From a virus (taxonomy: Duplodnaviria > Caudoviricetes): 37,905 nucleotides of DNA. A program made the translations under genes and the position numbers. The notes under the pieces were generated by a model that was not told where the DNA came from, made no database searches, and worked only from the letters and a program-made list of their open reading frames with translations. Numbering within the stretch: position 1 is the first letter of the stretch; each line of letters opens with the position of its first letter. Where the stretch lies: positions 1 to 37,905 of IMG/VR virus record IMGVR_UViG_3300033076_000390. One strand, 5' to 3'. This document shows positions 37,900-37,905 of this stretch, one piece after another.

Positions 37900-37905
37900 G
37901 GGCTA

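Noticed and set aside
1-37905. CRISPR arrays, tRNA/rRNA genes, introns/inteins, transposases, DGR reverse transcriptase, stop-codon reassignment
   Set aside because: None was seen. Genes tile the window almost without gaps in the standard code, and no regularly spaced DNA repeats were found by eye.

Overview
This window is the late (virion morphogenesis) region of a large T4-like myovirus genome, with cyanophage-style gene order and proteins. The right half holds baseplate and tail genes: gp48, gp53, a gp27-like hub, a lysozyme-less gp5, a GH19 muramidase, gp25, gp6, gp7, gp8 and a 1769-aa virion protein read leftward. gp4, gp2, gp54-like, gp26, gp51 and a tape-measure-like gene read rightward. 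The left end holds tail fibre and adhesin genes. Between the fibre genes, on the same strand and tightly packed, is an ~11 kb enzyme island (4996-15898). It encodes five radical SAM enzymes (four SPASM-type, one cobalamin-binding type), three 2OG-Fe(II) oxygenases, a JmjC/cupin hydroxylase and four unknown proteins. These surround a 189-aa structural-looking protein ending in CHAS-CHSS-CHSS-RGRR. The best candidate for a new system is a phage-encoded RiPP-like pathway that post-translationally modifies a virion or tail protein. Other signals are a candidate -1 frameshift fusing gp26 to gp51 just upstream of the tape measure gene, an early-type promoter pointing antisense into the enzyme island, and three late promoters positioned to give leaderless mRNAs. 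All functional calls come from motif recognition by eye; no database searches were run.
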